DNA from: an uncultured delta proteobacterium
GTDB lineage: Bacteria; Desulfobacterota; Binatia; UBA9968
Assembly: GCA_963847445.1 (NCBI GenBank)
Contig: CAWJZV010000048.1
Span: forward strand, 162,295-226,294
Reading direction: 5' to 3'
Length of the DNA: 64,000 nucleotides
The first letter of the stretch is position 1; every line of letters begins with the position of its first letter. A program made the translations under genes and the position numbers. Shown in pieces: positions 41,977-52,700 of the stretch. Under the pieces are notes generated by a model. It was not told the origin of the DNA and did not search any database. It saw only the letters and a list, made by a program, of their open reading frames with translations.

Positions 41977-43060
41977 ATGGAGAGCATGTTCCTCTGGATC
42001 GTATTGTTTTCTGGAGCGACGGTACTGTTGCTCGGCCTTTTCTTGGTTGCGTCCGAGAAAGAGCTCAAGAAAAAACGCGGCGAAATAAATGATCTGGTGA
42101 CCCGGCTCGATGGCGCTCGGACGGCGTCCGCCCCGGCCAGCAGCGAAGGCGGCGGCAACGGCGCCGAGGTCACCGGCCTCCGCGCCAAAAACCAAGAACT
42201 GAAAAAAGAAATGGCCTTGTTGCAAGACGATTTGGATGCCGCCCACCGGGCCATCGACGAGCTACGCTCCAATCAGCCGGCGGCGGCAAACGGCGCGACG
42301 CTCGGAGAAATCGCCCAGTTGCGCAACGCCAACAGCCAACTCGACGCTCAGGTCGAAGAGCTGCGCCGCCAGCTTGAAGCGAGCGCAGCGCAGCTCGAAA
42401 CTGCCAGCGCAGCCGACCGCGGCGCCAGCGAACGGCAGACGCAGTTGGAAAATGCGCTCATCGATTTGAAACAGCAATTGGAAAAAAGCCAGGCACAAGT
42501 TCGTCAGCTGGAAAGCTCGCCTACGCCCGTGGTCGATGCGAGCGCCAGCGAAGCCAGCCACCAGGAAGAAAGCCAAAGGCTCCAGGCGAGAATCGCCGAG
42601 TTGGAAAACAGACTTGAGCGCCGGCGCCGAAATTACCCGCCAGCTCGACACCCTGCAGCGGCGCATCCGCGAGTCGGAGAAGCTGGAAAGCGAGCTGCGC
42701 GAGTCACTGCGGCGGCGCGAAGAAGAGATTCCTCTAGTGGCAAGAGCGGATCGCCGCCAGCGAAGAAATCAAGAAGCGCCTGCTCGCCCTGCAGCCGGTT
42801 TACGATCAGCTGGTCGCCAAACAAAGCTCGCTCATCGACCATCAACGCGCCTATCATGGCGAGCTAAAATCCTTCGCGCAATTTCTCTCGGCGTCCCACG
42901 ACGGCACCATAGCCGCGCCGACATCTATTCGATCTCCAATCCGAGCAGGAAACGGCCGCGCCGGCAGCGTTGCTGCACATGGCGGCGTCAGGCAACGGCC
43001 GCGATGTCCACCATGCCGCGACGGCATCGGTCCCTACCGCCCCCGCCAATGAAGAATTAA
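41977..43060 (+). CDS. Membrane-anchored coiled-coil protein; about 3-4 frameshifts, end uncertain
   Basis: GGGAGA RBS. The N-terminal TM segment FLWIVLFSGATVLLLGLFLV is followed by long heptad-like Q/E/L/A-rich sequence. It may be continuous with the next feature. Confidence 0.45.
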
Positions 43061-43099
43061 CGCCCCCAGGCCAAGCGTGGTCTCGGTATTTTCCACGCT

Positions 43100-43546
43100 T
43101 TGATTGCCCTGGTGGTGTGCGGGGCCATGGCGGCGCTGTTCTGGAGCCAGAGCGGCGAGCAGCCGGTTATCCACGCCGCCAAACCGTTGACGCTAGCCGG
43201 TCCGGAGAAAAAAGCCGCGCCGACGCCGGTCCAGCTGAAGCGCGCGCCCGCAGGCGAAGCGGTCGCTTCGGCTACACTCGTCGGCAAGGCCAACGAGACA
43301 GCGGCGGCGCAACCGGCAAGACAAACCAAAGTACCGCCGGAGGCAGCCGCGGGCACTTACGAAGTCACTCGCAGCACCCGGGTCTTCGCCGCGCCTACAG
43401 AGTTTGCCCAGCAACTGGGCGAGATCGAACCCGGCCTTAAAGTAAACGTCGTCAACGCCCGCGATGGCTGGCTGGAGATCCACTCCAAACATGGCCGGCC
43501 GCCAGGATATATCCGCAGCGACGCCGTGGCGCGAGTCGGCGGCTGA
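43100..43546 (+). CDS. TM segment plus C-terminal SH3b domain protein (possibly the C-terminus of the preceding coiled-coil protein)
   Basis: IALVVCGAMAALFW is a TM segment. The C-terminus TRSTRVFAAP...GLKVNVVNARDGWLEIHSKHGRPPGYIRSD is SH3b-like. Only a TTG start is available. Confidence 0.5.
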   Translation: MIALVVCGAMAALFWSQSGEQPVIHAAKPLTLAGPEKKAAPTPVQLKRAPAGEAVASATLVGKANETAAAQPARQTKVPPEAAAGTYEVTRSTRVFAAPTEFAQQLGEIEPGLKVNVVNARDGWLEIHSKHGRPPGYIRSDAVARVGG

Positions 43547-43711
43547 TCACAGCTCGCTGCACGGCAACCGACTTACACCTACGGTACTCGCCATTGCGAT
43601 CGCCAGCGCGTTGTTAGACCACTCTCCTCAACGATTCCCTCGCTACTCTCGTCGAACTTAAAGCGCCTCGCGAAGCGCTTTCCGGCATAATCCGGTGCTG
43701 CAGCATGCATC

Positions 43712-43930
43712 ATGACGAAGGATGTGAGTGAATTTTTTGCCAGCGAGAACATCGATCACGACCATCTATGCGGCCACTCCATGGCCGGCAAGGTGGCCCT
43801 GCAACGCGCCGCGGACAACGCCAGTTCCATCGATGGGCTGGTTGTCGTCGACATCGCGCCCCACACCACGCCGACCGCGCGCACGCCGGAAACCTTCCAG
43901 GGCCTCGTGCCACACGAGTTCACATCGTTC
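43712..43930 (+). pseudogene. Internal fragment of an alpha/beta hydrolase (YbfF-like esterase)
   Basis: HLCGHSMAGKVALQRAA...GLVVVDIAP contains the GxSxG nucleophile elbow, but there is no N- or C-terminal remainder. Confidence 0.5.
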
Positions 43931-44206
43931 TCAAAGATAGCGAACCACCTGTGGCCTTTTCCGACAAAGCCGAAGAGGTTGCCGCAGCGCACCAGTAGTG
44001 GAATGAATTGCGAAACGGTAGCGTCGTCCCTGACATTATCGGTTTGCGCGAGTGCTTCCATGGGCGACTCCTTCGGCTTGGGTGTACGGAGTTTGTCTTT
44101 CCCATAGCACCGATTTTTTCACCGCGCCAGTGAACACCTGGCGCGGTAGACCAACATTCGGCGCCGTGCTATGAGAAAGGCAACGCGTCGGACAAGGAGG
44201 TGAAGT

Positions 44207-44587
44207 ATGGCAAAACGCAAAAGCATTCATATTCCCGGAATGGAACATGGCGCGCCGATCCCCAACGGCGTGGTGATCGGCAACATGGTTTTCTCATCGG
44301 CGATCGGCGGCAAGGACGCCAAGACCGGCGTGATGTCGGACGATCCCGACGAACAGGCCGAAGCGATGTTCCGTAATTTACGACTTTTCATGGAGACGGT
44401 CGGCGGCTCGCTCGACAACATCGCTTACATGAAAGTCTATTTGAAAGATGAAAAATACCGCGACAACGTCAACGGCCCCTGGGAGAAAATGTTTCCCGAT
44501 CGCCCACGACCGCCCGGCCCGCCACGCGCTCAAAGTCGACCTGCGCGGCAAGAATTTGTTTCAGATCGAAGTAACCGCGGTGCTTTA
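44207..44587 (+). CDS. RidA/YjgF/L-PSP family protein; frameshift near 44500
   Basis: GNMVFSSAIGGKD...DPDEQAEAMFRNL...GGSLDNIAYMKVYL, then ARHALKVDL...FQIEVTAVL-stop in a second frame. Confidence 0.7.
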
Positions 44588-44605
44588 GCGCGCGCTGCGC
44601 GCGCC

Positions 44606-44705
44606 GTTCAAGTTGTTCCAATCGTTCAAGACGTTCAAAACGATATCGGCAACGGGCGAATCTCAGACGGTTTGAACGACTTGAACTGCTGGAACGGTTT
44701 GAACC
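44606..44705. repeat. Hairpin repeat, GTTCAA/GTTCCA nonamer family
   Basis: GTTCAAGTT GTTCCAATC GTTCAAGAC GTTCAAAAC ... inverted GGTTTGAAC GACTTGAAC TGCTGGAAC GGTTTGAAC. It is preceded by the GCGCGCGCTGCGCGCGC palindrome. Confidence 0.85.
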
Positions 44706-44781
44706 AACAAGGGTTAGATTGGTAGTGAGCTTCGCACAACACAACGAGTTGGAAGTTTTAAAAACATTAGGAGGATAAGTT

Positions 44782-45171
44782 ATGCCCATCGAAGTCATCG
44801 ACATGGTCGATTTCGCCCATCAGGAGAAAAAGCGCAAGGAGATCTTCAACACGCCGCGCTTCCACGCCTGGATGCACTATTACAAACCCGGACATAAAGA
44901 CGACATGCACTGCCACAACGCCGATCAGACGTTTTACGTCATCGACGGCGAGTGCACCATGCGCTTCCCCGACGGCGGCAAAGCCGTGCTCAAACCCGGC
45001 ATGGCCGCGACCATCACCGGCGGCTCGTTCTATCAGCTGGAAAATGCCAGCGACAAACCGATGATCATGATGGGCAACCGCTCCGGCCCGTCGGAGAATA
45101 TTCAGATCATCGACTACGTCACGCGCAAAGATGTCCGGCAAAAGGTTCAGGAAGAGTTCGCGAAGGCATAA
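44782..45171 (+). CDS. Cupin-domain protein
   Basis: Intact 129-aa ORF with MHCHNADQTFYVIDGE...GG..VLKPGMAATI..G..YQLEN, consistent with cupin motifs 1 and 2. Confidence 0.7.
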   Translation: MPIEVIDMVDFAHQEKKRKEIFNTPRFHAWMHYYKPGHKDDMHCHNADQTFYVIDGECTMRFPDGGKAVLKPGMAATITGGSFYQLENASDKPMIMMGNRSGPSENIQIIDYVTRKDVRQKVQEEFAKA

Positions 45172-45177
45172 GAACTC

Positions 45178-45276
45178 GTTCCAATACGTTCAAAGGTTCA
45201 AGCCGTTCCAAGTCGTCTCGGAATTCCGATTCCGACAACGTTTGGAACGGCTGGAACATTTGGAACGATTGGAACG
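45178..45276. repeat. Hairpin repeat, GTTCCA/GTTCAA nonamer family with central TCGGAATTCCGA palindrome
   Basis: GTTCCAATA CGTTCAAAG GTTCAAGCC GTTCCAAGTC ... TTTGGAACGGCTGGAACATTTGGAACGATTGGAAC. Confidence 0.85.
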
Positions 45277-45285
45277 CGCTCGAGC

Positions 45286-46292
45286 TTAGAGCGCGTAAAG
45301 CCTTTTCGGATTGTCGTAGCTGATCTTGCGCTTCGCTGCCGTCGGGAATATCGTCGCGCTCGAGAAACTCATCGACGGCTTTCTTCATGCTGACGATGCC
45401 CTCGTGGGGAAAATCGGACGCCCAGAACAAACACTCGTCGCCGAGCAGTTCCAAATCACGGCCGGTGGTCATCTCTTCGCCGCACTGAAAATAAATCTGC
45501 CCGCGTTCGATCAGCTTCGCCGGCGGCAGCGCCTCGCCCATGCGGTTGCCCATCTTGCTCATCAGATACGGCACCCAGCCGCAGCCGGCTTCCAAGAAAG
45601 CGATTTTCAAATCCGGCAGTCGGCCGAGCAATCCGGAGAACATGAAGTTGGTGAACTGGCGCATCTGCGGCCAGACATGGGCCAGCGTCGCCGCCTCGCC
45701 GCGCCACATGAACAGATCGTTGTTGCGCAAGGAATTCTGCGAGTGCACCGCGAGCATGCAGCCCAAACGATTGGCCTCTTCGTAGACCGGATGAAACTCC
45801 GGGTGGCCCAACGGCCGCGGCAAGCCGTCGGCCGGCAGCACCGCACCGACCATGCCGTAGTCTTTGACGACGCGGCGCAGCTCGGCGACCGCGGCTGGAA
45901 CGTCTTGCATCGGCAGAATGGCGATGCCTTTCAAGCGCGGCTCGTGGCGCAGGAAGCGATCGTGCAGATAATCGTTGTAAGCCCTGCTCAAATCCACGGC
46001 GAAGTCGGTCATGCCGACCTGGCCGATATGCATGAAGCGCGTCGGATAAACCACCGCCGCTTCGAGCCTTCCGAGATCCAACGCCTGCTGCCAATCCTGC
46101 CAGCGTCGGAATCAAGAATGACGCGCCGATCCCCTCTCGGCCCGCCTGCCGGTGCCAGCCATGATGCGGCAGCAACGGGAAATACATCACCGCCTCGCGC
46201 CGCGCTTTGTAATAATCCGGCAGATACTCGTACACATCGCTCTCGACCTCGCGAATATGCCCATCGGCATCGATCATCTTCCAGTCAGCCAT
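45286..46292 (-). CDS. Amidohydrolase-2 family protein (second paralog); frameshifts near 46100 and near 45310
   Basis: MADWKMIDADGH, LAVHS, IAFLEAGCGW, FWASDFPH, C-terminus PKRLYAL-stop after a frame change. Confidence 0.75.
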
Positions 46293-46338
46293 TTGACCCT
46301 CCATTCGTCTTTGCAGTCGAATTCGGAGAATTCCTCTC

Positions 46339-46412
46339 GCCAAGGCGCAAAGACGCCAAGTTCGGAAAAGAATTTATTTCTTAGAACCTTTGCGCCTTTG
46401 CGTCCTTTGCGG
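46339..46412. repeat. Hairpin repeat, CTTTGCG family
   Basis: CGCCAAGGCGCAAAGACGCCAAG TTCGGAAAAG... CCTTTGCGCCTTTGCGTCCTTTGCGG. Confidence 0.75.
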
Positions 46413-46429
46413 CCAGACATCTCTCCGAC

Positions 46430-47189
46430 TCACCCATCGGCGATCATCTCGCCGAATTTGCCGCAGAACTCGCCGATCGGCACCGTTATGAACGAAGTCC
46501 GCGACGCTGTCCAAGCGGGCCTTCTTCACGATTGATAATCGCCAACAGCGCGCCATTGCGTTTCGCCAGACCGGGAAACGACGCCGCCGGCTGCACCTGC
46601 AACGACGAGCCCATGACGATGAAAACTTCCGCCTGCTCGGTCCATTCCTGCGCTACACGCATCGCCTGCTCGGGCATCGCTTGGCCGAAGGACACCGTCG
46701 CCGACTTGAGGATGCCGCCGCAGCTGTCGCACTTGGGCGAGGCGAAATCGCCGACTAGACTGTTAATGATCGGTTCCGGCGCGAATTCCTTGGTGCAGCT
46801 CATGCAGAGAATCTTACGGTTCGAGCCGTGCAGCTCGACGATCTTGTCGTCGGCAGACCGGCCATGCTGTGCAGGCCGTCGACATTTTGGGTGATCAGGC
46901 CGATCAATTTTTCTTTCAAGCTTAGCGCTTGGATAAAATGATGACCGACGTTGGGTTTGGCATTGCTATATTGCTCCCAGCCGTCGAGGCGGCGCTTCCA
47001 CGCTTCGATGCGCGCCGACTCGCTGGTCATGTATTCTTGAAACGTCACCGGCCGGTAGCGCGTCCAAATGCCGCCGGGGCTGCGAAAGTCCGGGATGCCG
47101 GACTCGGTGCTGATCCCCGCCCCGGTAAAAACCACGATCTCATCGCTCTCGCGAATCCTCGCAGCGAACTCGTCCAGCTTCATATGCAC
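46430..47189 (-). CDS. cobB: NAD-dependent protein deacylase (SIR2 family); about 3 frameshifts
   Basis: VVFTGAGISTESGIPDFRSPGG, TQNVDGLH, CxxC..CxxC zinc site (CMSC...CDSCGG), VMGSSLQVQPA. Confidence 0.75.
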
Positions 47190-47228
47190 GGTTTATAGAA
47201 CAGCCGGTGCGCCGCTGACAACCGAAAA

Positions 47229-48460
47229 CTAGTGCGTTACTCCTTTGATCGCGCGCGGCAGCTTGAGCGACATCGCGAGCACGCCCGCGGCGGTGATCAA
47301 CAACCCGGTGATCGTAAAGCCCAGCGCAAAGAGTCCGGCGTCGCCCATCATGCCGATAAACGTCGGGATCGCGCCGCCGCCGATCAGGTAGCCAAACGGA
47401 ATGGTGAAGCCGACCGCGAGATTGCGCGCTTGTGGCGGCGCGATCACCGCTAGCGCCGCGAAGCCGGCCGGGAAAAACCACACGGCGAGGGCCGGTTGGA
47501 TGATCACTACGGCGCTGATCCAATTGTCGGCGACGAAACCCAAAAGCAAAGTCAGAGCGCCGGTGACGATCAAACTCACCACCATGGTCCGCTTCGGCCC
47601 GAGCCGGTCCGAAGCCCAGCCGCCGAGCATGCCGAACACCGGCCCATAGGAACGCGACAAGGCCGTCACCGTGTTCGCCCAGCTCGCCTCGATATGGCGA
47701 TCGCTCACCAGATAGAGCGGCAACATGGCATAAATCCCAACGGTCGAACTGACGCCCATGCCGAAGAGCATCAACATGATCCAAAACGCCGACGTGCGCA
47801 CCAGCACACCGAAGGCGTTCGACGCCGGCGATTCGCCGGCGAATCGGCCGCCCTGGCCCATAGCGAGAGTAGCCGCATGGTGATCAGCACCGAGGCGCAC
47901 ACCAACACACCCAGCGCGGCACGCCAGGTCGAGTGATGGAGAAATAGTTCGGCGACGAACGGACCGGTGAAAAACGCCAGGTTGGGCGCCAGCTCGTGAA
48001 TCGCGATCGCTTTGCCCCAATGGCGTTGATCGACCAACGCGGTGATGGTCGCGATCGCCGACGGCATGTAAAGTCCGGCGGCCAATCCCAAGGCGTATAA
48101 CCCGAGCCGCATCGCCCACAGGCTGGTCGACCCGGAAAGCAGGAACAGCGCCAGGCCGACACCGGTGCCGGAGAGGAGAATCGTCTGCCGATGGCTGGTG
48201 CGCGACGAGAGAAATCCCGAACCGAGCAAACCCGAGAGATAACCGGCGGAGATCAAGAAGAAAAAAAAGCCCGCCTGGCCATGGCCGATCGCCAGCTCCT
48301 TTTCAATCGTCGGCAACAGCGGCGAGAGAATCACCCGCGCGATGAAGTTGAGAAAAAAGATCGCCGTCAGAAAAAATACCGGCGCGACCTGTCGCCCAAA
48401 TGACGCGCCGGATGCGGCCATCGGCGCGGCAATTTCCGCGCTGGCGCTTTTATTCGACAT
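47229..48460 (-). CDS. MFS transporter; one frameshift near 47900
   Basis: Two ORFs (47771..48550 and 47229..48119) tile a 12-TM protein. The start is taken at MSNKSASA. Confidence 0.7.
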
Positions 48461-48564
48461 CGTCTTTGAGGTATCTTCGCGCTGCATCTTCGTAATCGAG
48501 ACAATGTCTACAATGGGTTGGCCAAAGAAGCCAACGCCAAACATCGACAAATCCAGGAGGCACC

Positions 48565-49554
48565 ATGTTCGTTACAAGAATTGCGCTGGTCGCTCTACTC
48601 TTAACTGTCAGCGGCCTAACGAACCCGGCATTCTGCGCGACAACGCTGACACCCATGCGCTTGCTCTACCCGAGCTTCGCCGGCAGCTGGGCGACGGCGT
48701 GGATCGCCAAGGAAGCCGGATACTTCAGTGCCGAAGGGCTCGACGTCGAACTCGTCCGCGTCGGCGGCAGTAGCCGAATGGTTGCGGCAATGCTTGGCGG
48801 CAGCGCGCCGATCATTCAGGCCGGCGCCATTGCGGCGCTCACCGCCAACGTCGCCGGCGCCGACGTCGTGATCATCGGTTCTACGGGTACGGTCTCGCCC
48901 TTCCGTCTAATCGCGCGCCCGGAGATCAAGCAGCCGTCCGACTTGAAGGGCAAAAAGGCCGGTATCACAACTTTCGGCTCGACTTCCGATCAAGTCCTGC
49001 GCATCGCGCTCAAGCAGTTCAATCTCGACCCCAGCAAAGATGTCGCGCTGCTCACCTTCGGCGCGCAACCGGAGGCGTTCGCTGCGTTGATGAACGGCAT
49101 CGTGCAAGTCGCCGCCCTCAGCTATCCACTTTATCCAAAGGCGATAAAAAGCGGCATGCGCGAGCTGGTCAATTTCGCCGATCTCGGTGTCGAGGACATC
49201 AACGGCACCGTGATGACGACGCGCGCTTTCGTCGCCCAGCAACGCGATACGGGACTGCGCTTCATGCGCGCCTTCACGCGCGGCATGCAGCGTTATCGCA
49301 CGGATAAAGAATTCAGCAAAAAAGTGTTGGCCAAGTACGGCAAGATCAATGACGAGGAAATCTTGGAAGGCACCTGGCAGGACTACGCGCCGACGTTGCA
49401 GAAAACACCGCGCCCGTCGCTCAAAGCGGTTCAGTTTATGATTGAGAATCAATTTGCCGGAAAAAAGCCGCTGCCAAAACCCGAACAGTTCGTCGACTTT
49501 TCGATTGTCGATCAATTGGAAAAGAGCGGCTTTTTCGATTCGCTTAATAAATAA
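48565..49554 (+). CDS. ABC transporter substrate-binding protein, NMT1/SsuA/TauA-like
   Basis: Intact 329-aa ORF with a signal peptide and a periplasmic-binding-protein-like composition. The family assignment rests on overall resemblance only. Confidence 0.55.
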   Translation: MFVTRIALVALLLTVSGLTNPAFCATTLTPMRLLYPSFAGSWATAWIAKEAGYFSAEGLDVELVRVGGSSRMVAAMLGGSAPIIQAGAIAALTANVAGADVVIIGSTGTVSPFRLIARPEIKQPSDLKGKKAGITTFGSTSDQVLRIALKQFNLDPSKDVALLTFGAQPEAFAALMNGIVQVAALSYPLYPKAIKSGMRELVNFADLGVEDINGTVMTTRAFVAQQRDTGLRFMRAFTRGMQRYRTDKEFSKKVLAKYGKINDEEILEGTWQDYAPTLQKTPRPSLKAVQFMIENQFAGKKPLPKPEQFVDFSIVDQLEKSGFFDSLNK

Positions 49555-49743
49555 TTGAATAAACGCAGAGCGTTACGCAATGCGCCGGGCCAGCTCTTGG
49601 ATTTGATCCATCGAAACTTTCAATTCGCGAGTAAAGACGCGCGGCACACATTCGCCGCAGATTTCATTGGCGAGGTGACTGCTCAGTCTTGCGCGCTGGT
49701 TGCAACCCACGCAGCCAGTTGAGCACTCAGCGGGGCATTTGAA

Positions 49744-52700
49744 CTATAAGAAACCCGTGTCAGAGCCACTTTCACAGATGACTTGAGCGAGTGCTTCGAT
49801 ACTCACGCACAGCAATATCTGCGTGGCGGAAACCGCGCAGTCGAAGTCTTGACGGATACGGTTGGATAGAATCATCGCAACCAGGGAGTCCAGCCCCATC
49901 GCCATGAAACCTTGGTCACTGAAAATCGCCGATTCGGGATAGCCTGAGAGTTCCGCACACTGCGCTTGCAGATAGCGCACGACTTGTTGCAGGGTCAGCG
50001 CCGCTTTGTCGATGCCATCCATGGGTCCGGGAAGCGAACCGGATATCAATTTGCCATCGGCATGCGTGGTGACTCGTTGCAGCGAAGCTGCCAATCCCTG
50101 CTGGGTGATCGGCCGCAGACGAAAACCCTCCAATTGGGCGACCAGTTCTCCGGAATCATTCATAATCGACAAATCGGCAAGCACATTGTTTTCGCTATGC
50201 TCGCGAAGTTGCGCGTAGCACCAAGCCTGCTCGTGGCTCGCTTTGACGTCGTACAGCGACAGCACATCCAGTGAAAACGGCACAAAGGTTATCGAGTTTT
50301 GTCGCAGCTGCTCCTCGGTCTCGATGGTGGCGCAACAGTGCAGCACCTGGCAAGCGGCTTCGATCAGACCTGGGTGCAATCGATAACTGGCGGCGTCAAG
50401 GATCGTGGCGGGACAGACCGCTCGGCAGAGCGCTTCCTGATCGCCCTGCCAGATCGTTTCGATCCAGCGAAACGCCGACCCGGTTCCGCCCTGATTGGCC
50501 CAGATTCTTGAGTAGAACTCGCTGCGCGAAAGCGTCTCCGGGCAGCGCGCTTTGATGGCGTTCAAATCTATTGTAGGCAGCGCAGGAGTCGTCTTCTCCG
50601 GCAAATGCGCCCGGCCCAAGCCAATCATGTGCGCTGTCCAGGGTTCACTGCCCATTGCCGCTTGGTTAACCTCGGCGCTGGTCAGCTCCAGACTCCAGCC
50701 CTGCGCGTCCGGCTTGAAAATCAACTGGACATCGCGCTCGCATCCGTCCGGCAATAACAAAGGACGCAACAGATAAAGATCTTCAAAGCGATAGCGATTA
50801 CCTTGAGTGCCGCCGAGAAATTCCACCGCCTGGGCCAGCATGGCAAAATGGCATGCAGCCGGCGGCAAAGAGACGCCGAAAAGGCGGTGATCGTTGAGGA
50901 ACTGCGGCGCGCTCTGGCTGAAACGAGATTCGAAACGGATCTCAGCCGCGCCGGGCAAGCGTAAACGCCGGCCGAGCAGAGGATGGCCGGCCGAATGATT
51001 CGCCGCGGTCGCGACACGATGTTGGGCATTGACCAGCGCACCGTCATACCAATAGCGCGAACGCTGATACGGATAGCTCGGCAAGGATACCGAGCGGAAG
51101 TTTTGTCCCTTTTGCAATGCCGGCCAATCCACCTGGACGCCGCGGACATACAAGCGCCCCACGGTTGCCAGCAAGGCCGCCCAATCGTTATCACCGCGGC
51201 GCAGGGTTGGCACCACGTCGAGCTTGTGCTGCGAAGAGGATTCTTGGGTCAGAAAAGAGAAGATCGCATCGGGGCCAATTTCCACAAACAGATCGCAGCC
51301 CGCTTGCACCATGGCGCGGAATCCCGCGGCAAATTGCACCGGTTGGCGCGCCTGCTGACACCAATAATCCGGGTCGGTGACTTCGGTTGTGACCGCGCGG
51401 CCATGCAAGTTGCCGATCAGACACAGTCTCGGCGCCCGCAGCTCGGTCTTGCTGATTAACTGCCGCAGCGGCGCCAAAACCGGCTCCATCTGCGCGGAAT
51501 GAAACCCATGGGACACCGTCAGTTCACGGCAATAGGTTCCTTGCGCTTGCAGCATCGCTTGCAACCGGTCGATGGCGTCCGCCGCGCCGGAAAGCACCGT
51601 TTGACTGGGCGAGTTGATCGCCGCGATAGCTACTGCCGGGAACCTGCGCATCAGCGCATCGAGAGTGGTTTGCTCGGCGGTGACCGCAAGCATCTTGCCG
51701 GCACCGGGCAGCTGCTGCATCAACCGGCCGCGCGCGGCGGCCAATCGCAGCCCGTCCTCAAGCGTGAAAACTCCCGCGACACAGGCGGCGACATACTCGC
51801 CCAGGCTATGGCCCATGACGAACTTTGGTTTGATGCCCCACGATTGCAGCAGTTCAGCCAAGGCGAATTCAAGCGCAAAGAGAGCCGGCTGGGCATAGTC
51901 GGTGCGCTGAATCAGTTCGCCGGAAGCACCGAACATGACGTCGAGCAGCGGCCGTTCCAGATAATCGCGCAAAATTTCATCGCAGCGCTCGAGCACCCTG
52001 CGAAAATCGGGGTTCGCCTGATAAATCTCTCGGCCCATATTGACGTATTGCGTGCCCTGCCCGGCAAATAGAAAGCCGATCTCGGGGTTGGCGGAAGTCA
52101 CGGCTTTGCCGCGCCAACGCCGGTCCACTTCGCCCGACTCCTCGGTCCTGAGATAAACTCTCGCGCATCTGCTGCACCGACGTCACCGACAATCGCCGCG
52201 CGATGGGAATAATGGGATCGGCTTTTCTGACTTGCCGCGGCAATACCGGCCAGATCCGGCCATGGGATTCTGCGCAAGAAATTGGCGGTAACTGCCGGCC
52301 AATTCATCCAACGCGGCCGCGGACGCAGCGGAGAAAGTCAGCAGATGAGCAGGCAACTCGGTCTGAACCGCAAGCGGTGCGGGCGGGCGCCGCGTCTTGC
52401 AAAACGATGTGACAGTTGGTGCCGCCAATACCGAACGAAGAAACGCCCGCGATCCGGCGGTTCCCATCGGTCTGGCCAAGGTATGCAACCGGTCAACGAT
52501 ATAGAATGGACTTGCATCCAGATCGATTTCCGGATTGGCTTTTTCGAAGTGCAACGTCGCGGGAATCTCACGGTGCTTTAGCGCCAGCACGGTTTTGATC
52601 AATCCGGCGATGCCCGCGGCGGCATCGAGGTGGCCGATATTGGTTTTCACCGAACCCATGCCGCAAACCCACCGCTCGCCGGCGCCGCGCCGAAATGCGC

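Noticed and set aside
43756-44061. Minus-strand ORF 43756..44061 and plus-strand ORF 43768..43998 as genes.
   Set aside because: They overlap the alpha/beta-hydrolase fragment, have no recognisable motifs, and the region looks like degraded sequence.
22000-47500. Interpreting all the frame breaks as genuine genome decay (a reductive or pseudogenising lifestyle).
   Set aside because: I traced no nonsense codons or large deletions inside the affected core genes. In trpE the frame returns to the original. Breaks cluster regionally rather than by gene class. A technical origin seems more likely, but I cannot prove it without reads.
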